A stretch of 64,000 nt of DNA from a virus (Duplodnaviria; Heunggongvirae; Uroviricota; Caudoviricetes): the IMG/VR virus record IMGVR_UViG_3300002461_001191; one strand, written 5' to 3'. Positions 26,214-36,361 of the stretch are shown here, in pieces. The position numbers were made by a program, and so were the translations under genes. Numbering within the stretch: position 1 is the stretch's first letter; the number at the start of each line of letters is the position of its first letter. The notes beneath the pieces are model-generated. The model was not told where the DNA came from. It was given only the letters and a program-made list of their open reading frames with translations, and ran no database searches.

Positions 26214-28211
26214 TCAAGGTCTCATTTTAGGCTTATTCTCAAGAGTTTCATGGGGTTCTGTCTCTCTTTGATGAACTAAATCTTTATTTTTCTTTAAATA
26301 AACAAGTAAAATTCCAAGAGCAGAGGGTGTCACTCCAGCAATTCTAGATGCTTGTCCAATGGTCTCAGGCTTGAACTGATTGAGCTTTTGTTTGGTCTCT
26401 GTACTCAATGAAGTAATTTCATTGTAATCAAAGTTTTGTGGTAATTTTGTATTTTCAGATTTACTCATCCTTTGAACTTCATCTGCTTGTCTATCAATAT
26501 AGCCAGCATATTTAAATCCAATTTGAACTTGATCAGTAATCTGTTGTGCAAGCTCAGCACCATACTTTTCAGAAATGGATTGATAAGATACTTCTTGTAG
26601 AACATCTTTTTTAGAGTGCTCTAAAACTTTTTCTATGGTTGAATAATCTACTCCAGGTCTTTTGATGAGATCTGCCAAATTAACTTCTTTAAGAAGTGGT
26701 GATCCGAGTATGCCAATAGCTGCCTCATCTTTAAAAATATTGGGATTAACCCAAGTATCTTTCATTTTTTGTTTATAGATTTCAACTGCTTCTTGTTTTT
26801 CGTTAAATAGTTTCCATCTTTCATCACTGACAAGCCCCAATTCTCTACCAATTGGTGTGAGTCTTTGGTCTGCATTGTCTTCTCTGAGAGAGAGTCTATA
26901 CTCTGATCTACTTGTAAACATTCTATAAGGCTCATTGAGTTCTTTTGTGGTCAAATCATCAACCATAACTCCAATATAAGAGTTGCTTCTTTGGAATATG
27001 AAAGGCTCTAGTCCTTTTGCTCTGAGTGCAGCATTGATACCAGCACAAAGACCTTGACCTTGTGCTTCTTCATATCCTGTAGAACCAAGAATTTGTGAAG
27101 CACAGAAAAGATTTTGGATAACCTTGCTCTCTAATGATCGGCTAAAAGATGATGGCAAGTAGTAGTCATACTCAATGGCATAACCTGGTCTTAATATATA
27201 GGCGTTTTCAAGTCCCTTTATACTTCTGACTGCTTTGAGTTGAACATCAAAAGGCAAAGAAGTTGAAATTCCGTTTGGATAATACTCATTGGTTGTAAGA
27301 CCTTCAGGCTCAAGATAGACTTGATGACTGTCTCTGTCTGCAAAGCGAGTGATTTTATCTTCAATGCTTGGGCAATATCTGGGTCCGGGGCCGTCAAATT
27401 TATTCAAAATAAATCCAGAGCGGTCAAATCCAGATCTAAAGATTTCATGAGTTGTCTCATTTGTCTTTGTAATCCAGCATGGAACTTGTGATGGGTGCAT
27501 TGATTTGCTACCCATGAAACTCATGACAGGCAAATTGCCATCAAGTGCTCCATCACCGTCTTGTCTTTCCATTTTGCTGAAATCAATGGTTCTGCCATCA
27601 ATTCTAGGTGGTGTACCAGTTTTAAGTCTACCTGTAGGAACAAGCTCTTTCATTCTTTGAGCAAGACTTATTGAAGCTGGGTCTCCTGCTCTGCCTGCTG
27701 TATGTGTCTCAAGACCAATATGAACTTTACCATTTTGAAAAGTGCCAGTAGTCAAAACTACAGTTTTTGATTTGAAACGAATACCTGATTGTGTCACAAC
27801 ACCGCAAACGCTATCACCATTCATGATGACATCATCAACTGCTTGCTGAAAAACTTGTAGATTTTCTTGATTTTCCACTTGTTTTCTAATGGAAGCTTTA
27901 TACAGGATTCTATCAACTTGTGCTCTTGTTGCTTGAACGGCTGGGCCTTTGGAAGCGTTGAGTATTCTGAATTGTATGCCAGATTCATCAGTTGCGATTG
28001 CTGAAGCACCACCAAGAGCGTCAACCTCTTTCATCAGGTGCCCTTTACCAATACCACCCATAGATGGGTTACAGCTTAGTTGTCCAATGGTTTCTATATT
28101 GTGTGTAACAAGAAGTGTTTTGCAGCCCATTCTAGCTGCTGCCAATGCTGCTTCAGTACCACCATGTCCACCGCCTACAACGATCACATCATAAAATTCT
28201 GGATAGTCCAT
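26214..28211 (-). CDS. mnmG: tRNA uridine-5-carboxymethylaminomethyl synthesis enzyme MnmG (GidA)
   Basis: FAD motif [14 protein letters not shown]; collinear MnmG signature throughout; C-terminal extension (665 aa). Confidence 0.9.
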   Translation of the reverse strand: MDYPEFYDVIVVGGGHGGTEAALAAARMGCKTLLVTHNIETIGQLSCNPSMGGIGKGHLMKEVDALGGASAIATDESGIQFRILNASKGPAVQATRAQVDRILYKASIRKQVENQENLQVFQQAVDDVIMNGDSVCGVVTQSGIRFKSKTVVLTTGTFQNGKVHIGLETHTAGRAGDPASISLAQRMKELVPTGRLKTGTPPRIDGRTIDFSKMERQDGDGALDGNLPVMSFMGSKSMHPSQVPCWITKTNETTHEIFRSGFDRSGFILNKFDGPGPRYCPSIEDKITRFADRDSHQVYLEPEGLTTNEYYPNGISTSLPFDVQLKAVRSIKGLENAYILRPGYAIEYDYYLPSSFSRSLESKVIQNLFCASQILGSTGYEEAQGQGLCAGINAALRAKGLEPFIFQRSNSYIGVMVDDLTTKELNEPYRMFTSRSEYRLSLREDNADQRLTPIGRELGLVSDERWKLFNEKQEAVEIYKQKMKDTWVNPNIFKDEAAIGILGSPLLKEVNLADLIKRPGVDYSTIEKVLEHSKKDVLQEVSYQSISEKYGAELAQQITDQVQIGFKYAGYIDRQADEVQRMSKSENTKLPQNFDYNEITSLSTETKQKLNQFKPETIGQASRIAGVTPSALGILLVYLKKNKDLVHQRETEPHETLENKPKMRP

Positions 28212-28359
28212 TTTTTTCCTTTGATAACTTTTTGTTATTTTAGCAAAATAAACACCAAACTCAAAGGAGTTAATTGTTTTTTAATCTTTTAATTCAAAAT
28301 CAGTAAAAATACTCATGATATTTGATTTTACTTCAAACTATTTTTTGTGATACAATTAG

Positions 28360-29010
28360 ATGATGATAATACAGTCATTTCAACCTCAATCTGTGCTAGA
28401 TGATATCAATAAAAACGGTTTGGCATTTTCAAAACCAGATTTTTCTATTTGGGATGGTGAAATCATTAACCCAGATTTAATTTGGGGGTTTAGGCATTCA
28501 TATGAGTGGATGGTTCAACAGATGAATAGAAGTGTAGAGAATAACACATTTGCTAAATTTCCATTCTGGGGTTGGGCTTGGTCTGGAGACAACGATCAAA
28601 AATATATAGATTTATCATTACATAAAGAGTATTCGGGAGAATACTTAATAACAATGGAGTTGGATGAAAAAGATTTATTTTTTAGTGATTTTCAATTATG
28701 GCACTATGTTTTGAACTATTGGCCAATAGTGTCTTCAGAAGAAGAAAGAATTTTCTTTGAGGCATTGGAGAAAGACAAAAAAAACAATTATTATGATAAT
28801 AAACCGTTGAAAGATATTGTTTATGATTTAAAGATAAGAAACACTTGGAATAAGATTTTTTCTTTAAGGAAAAGTGGTGATTTTTTTATCAGTTCTTTAA
28901 GTGAAAAAGAGATTGAGTACTTAGAAATGAGTCCTGAAGAAAAAATAGTGACTCAATCTTGTTTTTGGAATATTGAGAAAAAAAATATATTAAAGGTTGA
29001 AAAAATATGA
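28360..29010 (+). CDS. hypothetical protein, translationally coupled to ATP-grasp gene
   Basis: 216 aa; stop overlaps next start (ATGA). Confidence 0.4.
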   Translation: MMIIQSFQPQSVLDDINKNGLAFSKPDFSIWDGEIINPDLIWGFRHSYEWMVQQMNRSVENNTFAKFPFWGWAWSGDNDQKYIDLSLHKEYSGEYLITMELDEKDLFFSDFQLWHYVLNYWPIVSSEEERIFFEALEKDKKNNYYDNKPLKDIVYDLKIRNTWNKIFSLRKSGDFFISSLSEKEIEYLEMSPEEKIVTQSCFWNIEKKNILKVEKI

Positions 29011-29918
29011 GAGTAAAGTGGTTAATTCAGTCTAATGGAGTTACTAGAAAACCTTTGGAAGAAGAGTTTTTTGCAAAAAATCTTCAAATGTTTGATTTTG
29101 CAATGATTCCATTCACACATAAAATCATTAATCTGGACACTATTTTTTTAGATTTTTTAACAAATAAAGATGTCTCCTATGTTCTAAAGGGTGGTACAAG
29201 AATATTGGATATTTTAAAAGATGACGGGTTTGTAGAAGAAAATAAAAAAATCTTATTGGAACATGCTTCTGAGGAATATGTTGATTTATTTTTTAATAGA
29301 TTTAAAGCTGGGTTGTTTTATGATTTAGACAAGTTTGATCAAGCACATTATTCCTCTATTGGATTGCCTATGCTCAATCAAAGTCCATTTGTTGGGTATT
29401 TTCACGATGTAAAAGCCATTGTTTTTGAAAAAGACATGTTTGTGAAGCCCACATCTGATGGAAAGAGTTTTGCTGGTAAGATTCTACCCAAAGGGCAAAG
29501 TTTGGAAGATTTGCTAAAAACCATCATGTATCAAGAAAAGGTTAGTAAAGAGACTATCATGTTCTCTGAGATTAAAAATGTTCTTCATGAGTTCAGGTTT
29601 TTCATTATCAATGATGAGGTTGTCACTGGTAGTCAATACATGCAAGATCATAGGGTTGTTGTAAGAAATTTGTCAGATTCAGAGTTGGATAAAAAAGCAC
29701 TTGAGGTGGCTCAAGATTATGCTTTGCTGTATAAGCCAAGTGATGTGTTTACTCTAGATATATGTCTTGAGAGTAGTGGAAGATGGAGTATTGTGGAGTA
29801 TAACTGTTTTAATTGTTCAGGTCTTTATGCTGCTGACTTGATGAAGCTGACTCAATCAATGGAGAATTTTTTAATCAAAAAAACAACAAATTTAAAAATT
29901 AAATCATCCTTTACTTAA
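29007..29918 (+). CDS. ATP-grasp-like protein (paralog of C-terminal domain of 10407-12686)
   Basis: EFRFFIINDEVVTGS ... FTLDICLESSGRWSIVEYNCFNCSGLY. Confidence 0.5.
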   Translation: MRVKWLIQSNGVTRKPLEEEFFAKNLQMFDFAMIPFTHKIINLDTIFLDFLTNKDVSYVLKGGTRILDILKDDGFVEENKKILLEHASEEYVDLFFNRFKAGLFYDLDKFDQAHYSSIGLPMLNQSPFVGYFHDVKAIVFEKDMFVKPTSDGKSFAGKILPKGQSLEDLLKTIMYQEKVSKETIMFSEIKNVLHEFRFFIINDEVVTGSQYMQDHRVVVRNLSDSELDKKALEVAQDYALLYKPSDVFTLDICLESSGRWSIVEYNCFNCSGLYAADLMKLTQSMENFLIKKTTNLKIKSSFT

Positions 29919-29959
29919 AAAATGTTAAAATCAATTATTATTATGGAGTTTTTATTTTC

Positions 29960-30292
29960 ATGAATACAGAAAAAATTGTTTCCTTCTTGCGTGGTATTTC
30001 TCACTTGAGTGAGATTAATGTAAAACCCAATAAAGACTTTAAACACAAGTTTGTTGATTTGACTGGTCAAATGAACTGGGTTGTTGTGGATGATAGTAAG
30101 GTTGCTATTGATTCTCATGCAAGAATTATTTTTGATTTGTCTGAAAAAGAAGACAGATTGGAATTACTCAGCGCTCTTGCATATCAGAAATATAAATCAG
30201 ACCAATATGACTTGATTGTAGCAGAAAACGAAAAGTTTGTGCTTGAACATTTTAAAGGTGATGATATCAGTGGTTATTTCTTTGACGCCTGA
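29960..30292 (+). CDS. hypothetical protein
   Basis: 110 aa ORF. Confidence 0.35.
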   Translation: MNTEKIVSFLRGISHLSEINVKPNKDFKHKFVDLTGQMNWVVVDDSKVAIDSHARIIFDLSEKEDRLELLSALAYQKYKSDQYDLIVAENEKFVLEHFKGDDISGYFFDA

Positions 30293-30831
30293 TATTTTGT
30301 TTTTTGCTCAATGATTGCTGTGATTGTTTTCTTCTTCAGTAGAAGGTCAATCAACAAAGATCCTGAAATGAATACAATATTTTGATGTTCTTTTACAATG
30401 TTTTTTGATCGCTCACCAGTTTTGCCAGTGTGGGCAAAAACTCCGTAATAGTATTTGCCATCTTTTACCTTTTGTGCCAAATCTAAAACATCTTTATTGT
30501 TGATGTAGTTCTTATATCTTTTGCATTGAATCAACACTTTGCCTTGTTTTATTTTGAATTTTCCGTCTATACCTCCGTCATTGGAGTATGATTTGTTCCT
30601 TATAATATGGACATTGGTATCTTGTATAACATTGAGGATGAGTTCTTCAAAAACAAAAGGATTTATTTTTTTTAAGTAGTTTATGCTCTTGGGATAGCCA
30701 TATTCTTGAGAACTTATTTCAACTATTTTTTTCAAAACTTCTTTGGCTTTTCTGATTCTATACAAATGAACCCATTTGCCCAAGAGTCTGAACCTGTTGA
30801 TTATAATTGACCAAATTTTTATCCAATTCAT
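30274..30831 (-). CDS. restriction-endonuclease-like protein (Mrr_cat domain only)
   Basis: SNDGGIDGKFKIKQGKVLIQCKRYKNY matches Mrr catalytic core D-x-GIDG ... QCK. Confidence 0.55.
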   Translation of the reverse strand: MNWIKIWSIIINRFRLLGKWVHLYRIRKAKEVLKKIVEISSQEYGYPKSINYLKKINPFVFEELILNVIQDTNVHIIRNKSYSNDGGIDGKFKIKQGKVLIQCKRYKNYINNKDVLDLAQKVKDGKYYYGVFAHTGKTGERSKNIVKEHQNIVFISGSLLIDLLLKKKTITAIIEQKTKYQASKK

Positions 30832-30973
30832 ATTTGTATTCTTTTATTTTTAATGTATTTGAAAAAAATTGAATTGTAAAATCAAAATATTTTTTCTTTA
30901 AACCAGAGAAAGTGATTGACAAAAATAGGGATTGGATTTAAAATTCACACACTTAACTTAAAGGAGTTCTCTA

Positions 30974-31177
30974 ATGGCAAAAAAACCTCAAGTCACCGAA
31001 GCAAAAGCTGCAAAGTCAGTGACTAAGAAAATCAATCGTACCCGTAGAAATGCAATGGAGCGCAAGTGCCTTCCAAAAGCACTCAAGTGGCTATTCGCAG
31101 GTTCTACTCGTTCACAATTTCGTGAGATTTTGAGGTCATGGGAAGATAGTAGAAAAAAGGTTCGTGTAGAAGCCTAA
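30974..31177 (+). CDS. small basic protein
   Basis: 67 aa, GGAG RBS, followed by strong terminator. Confidence 0.4.
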   Translation: MAKKPQVTEAKAAKSVTKKINRTRRNAMERKCLPKALKWLFAGSTRSQFREILRSWEDSRKKVRVEA

Positions 31178-31189
31178 ATGCTAAGAAAC

Positions 31190-31216
31190 AAAAAGCCCCC
31201 AATTGGGGGCTTTTTA
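31190..31216 (+). terminator. rho-independent terminator
   Basis: AAAGCCCCC-aatt-GGGGGCTTTTT. Confidence 0.7.
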
Positions 31217-31235
31217 GTTTGAGTGTAATTTAACT

Positions 31236-31571
31236 ATGTTTTTTGAAAATAAACCTTGGGCAGCACAAATGAAAAGCTTGGAAAAACTTCTTGGTTGTGA
31301 AGTGACTTCCTATGCTGTGCATACGAAGGTTAATAATCGCTATATGCTCATATATTGTGAGTATGAAGAAGAAATGTATCCTGATGAAAACTTAATGGAA
31401 GAAGTTATAAAGTTTCATCTTGAGAAAATCCATCATATTTTGTGTGCTCAGATTGAAGGCTTGGATTATATTCGTCTAATGCCATACTACAATTACTATA
31501 GTCATGATACCAAAAGAAAAGAGTCTGCATTGTTTACACCTACAGACTCTTCTTACTTGGTTAAAAACTAA
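31236..31571 (+). CDS. hypothetical protein
   Basis: 111 aa ORF. Confidence 0.35.
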   Translation: MFFENKPWAAQMKSLEKLLGCEVTSYAVHTKVNNRYMLIYCEYEEEMYPDENLMEEVIKFHLEKIHHILCAQIEGLDYIRLMPYYNYYSHDTKRKESALFTPTDSSYLVKN

Positions 31572-31578
31572 ATTTTGA

Positions 31579-32448
31579 TTAACTCTCTTTGAAACCAGGA
31601 ATTGGTGATCTTTTGAATCTTGTTACATCAAAGTGGTTGATGATTTTCTCTTCAACTTCCTCTGGAATGGCAATACCTTCTAGGAAGTCATCCATGTAGT
31701 CGTAGTTGAAGCCAAAGCCTTCATCATCAAGTTTTCCAGGGTTGAGTTCTTCTAAGTCTGCTGTAGGTGGTTTTTTCCACAAAGCTTCTGAAGCACCCAA
31801 TTCTTTGGCAACCAGTCTAATTTGTCTTTTGCTCAAACCGTTAAGCACTGTCACATCACATGCTTCATCGCCAAATCTTGTGTAGAAAGCCATCACATAT
31901 TCTGCATTGTGGTCTGTTCCAACAACAACACCTTCAAACATCGCAGCAATTTGGTATTGTACAAGCATGCGGATTCTGGCTTTCATATTGCCTTTGTTGA
32001 AATCAACTTGGGACTCTGTAATTTCACCTCCCACACGTCTGAACTCCATCACACCTTGAATGCTGAGGTTGTTGGCTGCTTCACCAATATTGACTGTCAT
32101 TGACTTGTCAGGTTGAATAAATTTCAGTGCTTCTTGTGCAGATGATTCATCTAGTTGAACACCTGCTGGAAGTCTAACAGCAACGAATTGTGCAAAATAA
32201 CCTTCTGCTCTGAGTTCTTCACAGGCAATCTGACACAATTTGCCTGTAGTACTTGAATCAACTCCACCACTGATCCCAAGAACAAAAGCTTTTCTACCAG
32301 AATTTTTCAAAAATCTCTTCAAGTGATCAACGCGTTTCCTGATAGCTTCCTTGGGGTTGAAAAGTGCTGTTGATACAACTGCATTGCCTGCCAAAATTTC
32401 TGCTTTGATTTCTTGATATCTGCTGCTTGATTTTGTGATTCTGGTCAT
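31579..32448 (-). CDS. nadE: NH3-dependent NAD+ synthetase
   Basis: PP-loop GISGGVDSS; collinear NadE similarity. Confidence 0.9.
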   Translation of the reverse strand: MTRITKSSSRYQEIKAEILAGNAVVSTALFNPKEAIRKRVDHLKRFLKNSGRKAFVLGISGGVDSSTTGKLCQIACEELRAEGYFAQFVAVRLPAGVQLDESSAQEALKFIQPDKSMTVNIGEAANNLSIQGVMEFRRVGGEITESQVDFNKGNMKARIRMLVQYQIAAMFEGVVVGTDHNAEYVMAFYTRFGDEACDVTVLNGLSKRQIRLVAKELGASEALWKKPPTADLEELNPGKLDDEGFGFNYDYMDDFLEGIAIPEEVEEKIINHFDVTRFKRSPIPGFKES

Positions 32449-32501
32449 AATTTTCTCCGTTGGTTAATTGACTTAAATGTTTAAGTGGAAGTATTATTGC
32501 A

Positions 32502-32527
32502 TACTTAGTTGAAAAAGTCAACTAAGT
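32502..32527. promoter_or_regulatory. NAD-gene operator copy 3 (ACTTAGTTGA-aaaag-TCAACTAAGT) in nadE promoter on minus strand
   Basis: On minus strand reads ACTTAGTTGACTTTTTCAACTAAGT with TTGACT -35 and ATAATA -10; 54 nt upstream of nadE ATG. Confidence 0.65.
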
Positions 32528-32600
32528 TGGTTGAATATTTTGAAATAAAATTAATTATGAAAAAAATATGATAAAAATGTGAAAATACTCTGTTTTCCTA

Positions 32601-32951
32601 TTGCCTAAAATTGATTGTTTTATTATACTTTTCATTATGCAAAAAAATATCATTTATTCATTCATAGATTTTTTACAATATGTAGAAGATGAGATGAATT
32701 TGAGTGTACAAAAATTCTCTTTTGAACCCAAAGATATGAAAATTTGGGTGATTAATAAGTTTGAAGCCAAAGATGGTTTTGTTTTAAGAACACCAGATAG
32801 GGAATATTTTTACATAGATTTCACCAAGGACAGTTTGATTTTATCTGGATTGGGAGAAAGCGATATTGTAAAGTTAGCAGACTTCAATTTATTTGATAAT
32901 ACTTTATTTGATGATTTGAAAAAAGAGATTTCCAAGTTTTTACCTAATTGA
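32601..32951 (+). CDS. hypothetical protein
   Basis: 116 aa ORF. Confidence 0.35.
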   Translation: MPKIDCFIILFIMQKNIIYSFIDFLQYVEDEMNLSVQKFSFEPKDMKIWVINKFEAKDGFVLRTPDREYFYIDFTKDSLILSGLGESDIVKLADFNLFDNTLFDDLKKEISKFLPN

Positions 32952-32964
32952 AGATAAGTTATCA

Positions 32965-33264
32965 ATGAATAAAAAAGAAAAAAATCAAGAAGATGAGCTA
33001 ATTGTCAAAAAGTGGAAGATAAAGTCATTTATGTCACTACTTTTTTTTGTGATATTCAGTTGTGTTTTTATGCTGGATGTTGTGGTTTATAAAAATAGTT
33101 CGCTGGCTGGTTTATGTATCATAGGACTTTTTATATCTTGGTTTGCTTTTTCTCACTATCATACAAGAGTTGCTATTTATAAAATAAAGAAGATTACAGA
33201 TGAATATTTAATCAGTGCAGAATTGCGTAAAATGGAAATAAGAGACATGAATTCTGGATCTTGA
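32965..33264 (+). CDS. hypothetical membrane protein
   Basis: 99 aa, 2 TM helices. Confidence 0.35.
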   Translation: MNKKEKNQEDELIVKKWKIKSFMSLLFFVIFSCVFMLDVVVYKNSSLAGLCIIGLFISWFAFSHYHTRVAIYKIKKITDEYLISAELRKMEIRDMNSGS

Positions 33265-33302
33265 AAAATTTTAATGTAGAATGTTAGTAGGAGACAATTT
33301 CT

Positions 33303-34202
33303 ATGAACAAAAATGTAACATTCACAATTGAAGGCGATTATATTACAGATATATCCAGACAAAGACTTCAAGAGGGTTCATGGAAGAGTGCTTTAAAGAT
33401 TCTTGATTGCATTGATGGTCTCAATACAGACCAAAAGTTTGATATATTAACTGGTAAAATGTATCTCAGTGGTAGCAATGATTTGTCACTTGAAGAAGAT
33501 ACAAGGCAAGAGTCTAAGGAATATAAAGATTGGATTGCTAAGAAGTGTTCTGGTGTTTTCTTATATGATGGTAAACAGTATGAGCCTTATGCTGTAGTTG
33601 ATTCATGGTGTGATCAGGATTTGAACCATAATATTCAATTTAATTCAATTTCAAGAAAAGTTTGTAGAGAATTTGAAACCAAATTATATGACGATTATGA
33701 GCTAGGGAATAAAAATTATGGTGATGGTCATCCACATGGAAGAAGCTTACACTATGCAGATAATCCTGAAGAAGACTTGGCTTTTATTGTTCCTCTGGAG
33801 TCCAGTAGTAAATATAAAGCAAAAGTTGTTTTATTTAAGCGCATGAAGGAGGAAATTCCATTTTTTATGGAAGATAAAATGAGTAAATCACCTCTAGAAG
33901 CAATTGAGACTTATCAAGAACATCTTGATTCAAGAGGTGCAAAATATGAGTATCAAGATGAAGACCCAGATGTAAATCTGGAAAATATACTTTTATCAAA
34001 AGATGATTTTTTAGATGAATCTTATATAAGGGAACAGAAAAAATTTGAAGATGAGATAGAAAATTACAAGAAAAAAATCATAGAGTTTGCTGATAATGAT
34101 AAGGTTTATGGCTGGAAGGTGTTAGAAGATGATGAGGGAAGACAATTAAGAGTACCAGGCAGAGCATTCCTACATTATTCAATAAAGGCGTATGCGATAT
34201 GA
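33303..34202 (+). CDS. hypothetical protein, coupled to downstream swivel-domain gene
   Basis: 299 aa; stop overlaps next start. Confidence 0.4.
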   Translation: MNKNVTFTIEGDYITDISRQRLQEGSWKSALKILDCIDGLNTDQKFDILTGKMYLSGSNDLSLEEDTRQESKEYKDWIAKKCSGVFLYDGKQYEPYAVVDSWCDQDLNHNIQFNSISRKVCREFETKLYDDYELGNKNYGDGHPHGRSLHYADNPEEDLAFIVPLESSSKYKAKVVLFKRMKEEIPFFMEDKMSKSPLEAIETYQEHLDSRGAKYEYQDEDPDVNLENILLSKDDFLDESYIREQKKFEDEIENYKKKIIEFADNDKVYGWKVLEDDEGRQLRVPGRAFLHYSIKAYAI

Positions 34203-34723
34203 TAGGAGAATACAAGCCTATTTGTCCAATGGGCTTGAAGATGTCTGTGGACAATCCAATACATACAGACGCTTGGTTAGGTGCTGGCTTAAGTCTTGAC
34301 TCTGCCTATGACCAGTCTTGGCAACAGCAGTTGTTCTTTTCTTATGCATACAAACATCAGTCAGATTTTTTTGGCTATGATTTCCATGTCATTACAAGGG
34401 CAGGCCAAAAGGAGTTCACTGGTACAATTTGCTCACCTAACAATATAGATAAAGTTGATGGTAAGAAAATTCTTGTTTTGCCTCACTTGGGAGTTGAGTT
34501 TGAGCATGTGGCTCTCAAAGCTGATATGATTATCTGTGAACAAGGTGGTGCATTGGCACACTTGGTGACTGTGACAAAAGAAGGCAGCAAGCCTATTCCT
34601 ATCATAAGAATAGATGACGCTGTAATCAGGTTCCTATCCAACATCAATGTAAAAGTAGATTTAATAGAAGGCAAAATAAAAAATTTGGATGAAAAATCTG
34701 ATAAGAAACCCAAACATAAATGA
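34199..34723 (+). CDS. stand-alone PEP-utilising-enzyme mobile (phosphohistidine swivel) domain protein
   Basis: KKILVLPHLGVEFEHVALKADMIICEQGGALAHLVTVTKEGSKPIPII resembles PEP-utilizers domain core (E-GG-x-x-H ... GIP). Confidence 0.45.
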   Translation: MIGEYKPICPMGLKMSVDNPIHTDAWLGAGLSLDSAYDQSWQQQLFFSYAYKHQSDFFGYDFHVITRAGQKEFTGTICSPNNIDKVDGKKILVLPHLGVEFEHVALKADMIICEQGGALAHLVTVTKEGSKPIPIIRIDDAVIRFLSNINVKVDLIEGKIKNLDEKSDKKPKHK

Positions 34724-34776
34724 TTGACTAATTTGGCATTTGTGATATCTTAAATTCAACTTCAAAGGAGTGTAAG

Positions 34777-35643
34777 ATGGAACTGTTATTTATGTTGTTT
34801 GTTTTCTTGTTGGTGTGGGGCTTGATGGGAATTAAAATTGTAAGACAACAAAATGTTGCCATTGTTGAGAGATTTGGTAAATTCTCAGGTGTATTGACTC
34901 CAGGTCTTAATTGGATACTTCCTCCACCGATATCTAGAATAGCACATACAGCAGATTTGAGAATTATAGAGATCAAATCTATGGTTGAAATTAAAACATC
35001 TGACAATGCTTTCGTTGTTATGCCAACATCATTGATGATAAGAGTAGCTCCAGATAAGGTGACAGACTCTTACTACAGACTTGACTCACCAAATGAGCAA
35101 ATCAACAGATGGGTTTTGAATTCTGTTCGTTCAATTGCAGCAAAAATGAAGTTGATAGAGCTTTTTGAAGACAGACAACTTATTATCAATTCTGTCACTG
35201 AAGATTTAGAGAAAAAGTCCAGAGAGTTTGGTTTCATCATTGAAGCTGTTTTGATTGAGCAACCAACAGTATCAGATGAAGTTCAAACTGCTTCTAATAG
35301 AGTTGTTGCTTCACAAAGAGAGTTGGAAGCTGCTCAACAAGAAGCACAAGCTCACAGAGTTAAAATTGTGGCAGCAGCAAAGGCTGAGGCTGAAGGTCAA
35401 ATTGAAAGAGCCAAGGGTCTTTCAGAGTCTCGTGCTATATTAGCTGATTCATTCAAGCAAAATATTGACGCCATATCAAAGACTGGTGCTGATGTTGAGT
35501 CTGCAATGAGTTTACTTTTGACAGTCAACAGACTTGATGCAATGAGAGATATTGGTGCTCATGGTAACTTGATTATCATGGACACACAAAACCCTAATGT
35601 TGCACTACAATCTGCAATGCTTAAAGAGACTCAAAAGCCGTAA
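34777..35643 (+). CDS. SPFH/band-7 (stomatin/prohibitin-like) membrane protein
   Basis: N-terminal TM helix; IVRQQNVAIVERFGKF ... band-7 core; coiled-coil EA-rich C-term. Confidence 0.75.
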   Translation: MELLFMLFVFLLVWGLMGIKIVRQQNVAIVERFGKFSGVLTPGLNWILPPPISRIAHTADLRIIEIKSMVEIKTSDNAFVVMPTSLMIRVAPDKVTDSYYRLDSPNEQINRWVLNSVRSIAAKMKLIELFEDRQLIINSVTEDLEKKSREFGFIIEAVLIEQPTVSDEVQTASNRVVASQRELEAAQQEAQAHRVKIVAAAKAEAEGQIERAKGLSESRAILADSFKQNIDAISKTGADVESAMSLLLTVNRLDAMRDIGAHGNLIIMDTQNPNVALQSAMLKETQKP

Positions 35644-36089
35644 GTTTTGTTTTGAGTGGGTTTCATTTCTAAGAAGAGCTTGAGTAATTCAAGCTCTTTT
35701 TTTGTGATACCCTCTTTGGGATTTGTAAAAATAACTTTAGAATGATTGTTGAAGAGGATTTTCATATCATCAATGGCTATCCAGTCATGATCATCTATAT
35801 CATGAGTTTCACAAAAAGCCTTGATTTCTAATTCTCTTGAGCCTTGATCTAGGTTTGATTTGATGTTGGGTGTGACACCAATAACAATATCAGCAATATC
35901 ATCATGGAAAAAGTCTAGAAGATTCTTGAACTTATATGACTCTTTCCATGAACTTGATATGACGATTCTTACTGTGTCCTTATAATCTCTGATGAAGTCA
36001 CAGAAAAGATCCATATGTTCAAACACAGGATTGCTTTTCGCCCCTGACCTATGCAGAACACCATCAAAATCAAGAAATATATGCTTCAT
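35631..36089 (-). CDS. small HAD-superfamily phosphatase-like protein
   Basis: Motif I IFLDFDGVLH at N-terminus; 152 aa. Confidence 0.45.
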   Translation of the reverse strand: MKHIFLDFDGVLHRSGAKSNPVFEHMDLFCDFIRDYKDTVRIVISSSWKESYKFKNLLDFFHDDIADIVIGVTPNIKSNLDQGSRELEIKAFCETHDIDDHDWIAIDDMKILFNNHSKVIFTNPKEGITKKELELLKLFLEMKPTQNKTYGF

Positions 36090-36091
36090 GT

Positions 36092-36343
36092 TTAACTAAG
36101 AGATTTGACATAGAATTGTGACTTCTTCATAACATTGTCATGAATGTAGTCACTTACAGCCACATGACCTACAACACAATAGATATGTCCAGAAGACATT
36201 CCTTTGATGTTACTGACAAAATCAATAAATGATTCACCTTTAGCTTGTGTTGGGAAGAGCAAATATCCACTGTGATGACCATTTTGATCTCTTGATTCAA
36301 GTGCAAATACTTCTTTATTTTTTTCTTGTGTTGCTTGGTTCAT
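36092..36343 (-). CDS. hypothetical protein
   Basis: 83 aa ORF between alkB and HAD gene, 2-nt gaps (operon). Confidence 0.35.
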   Translation of the reverse strand: MNQATQEKNKEVFALESRDQNGHHSGYLLFPTQAKGESFIDFVSNIKGMSSGHIYCVVGHVAVSDYIHDNVMKKSQFYVKSLS

Positions 36344-36361
36344 ATTTTTTCCTTTTTAAAT

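Noticed and set aside
27821-28292. Short ORFs inside or antisense to mnmG (27821-28024, 27949-28194, 28080-28292)
   Set aside because: They overlap a conserved gene; spurious.
30974-31177. 67-aa basic protein as a ribosomal protein
   Set aside because: Composition is suggestive but no match to known r-protein sequences I could recall.
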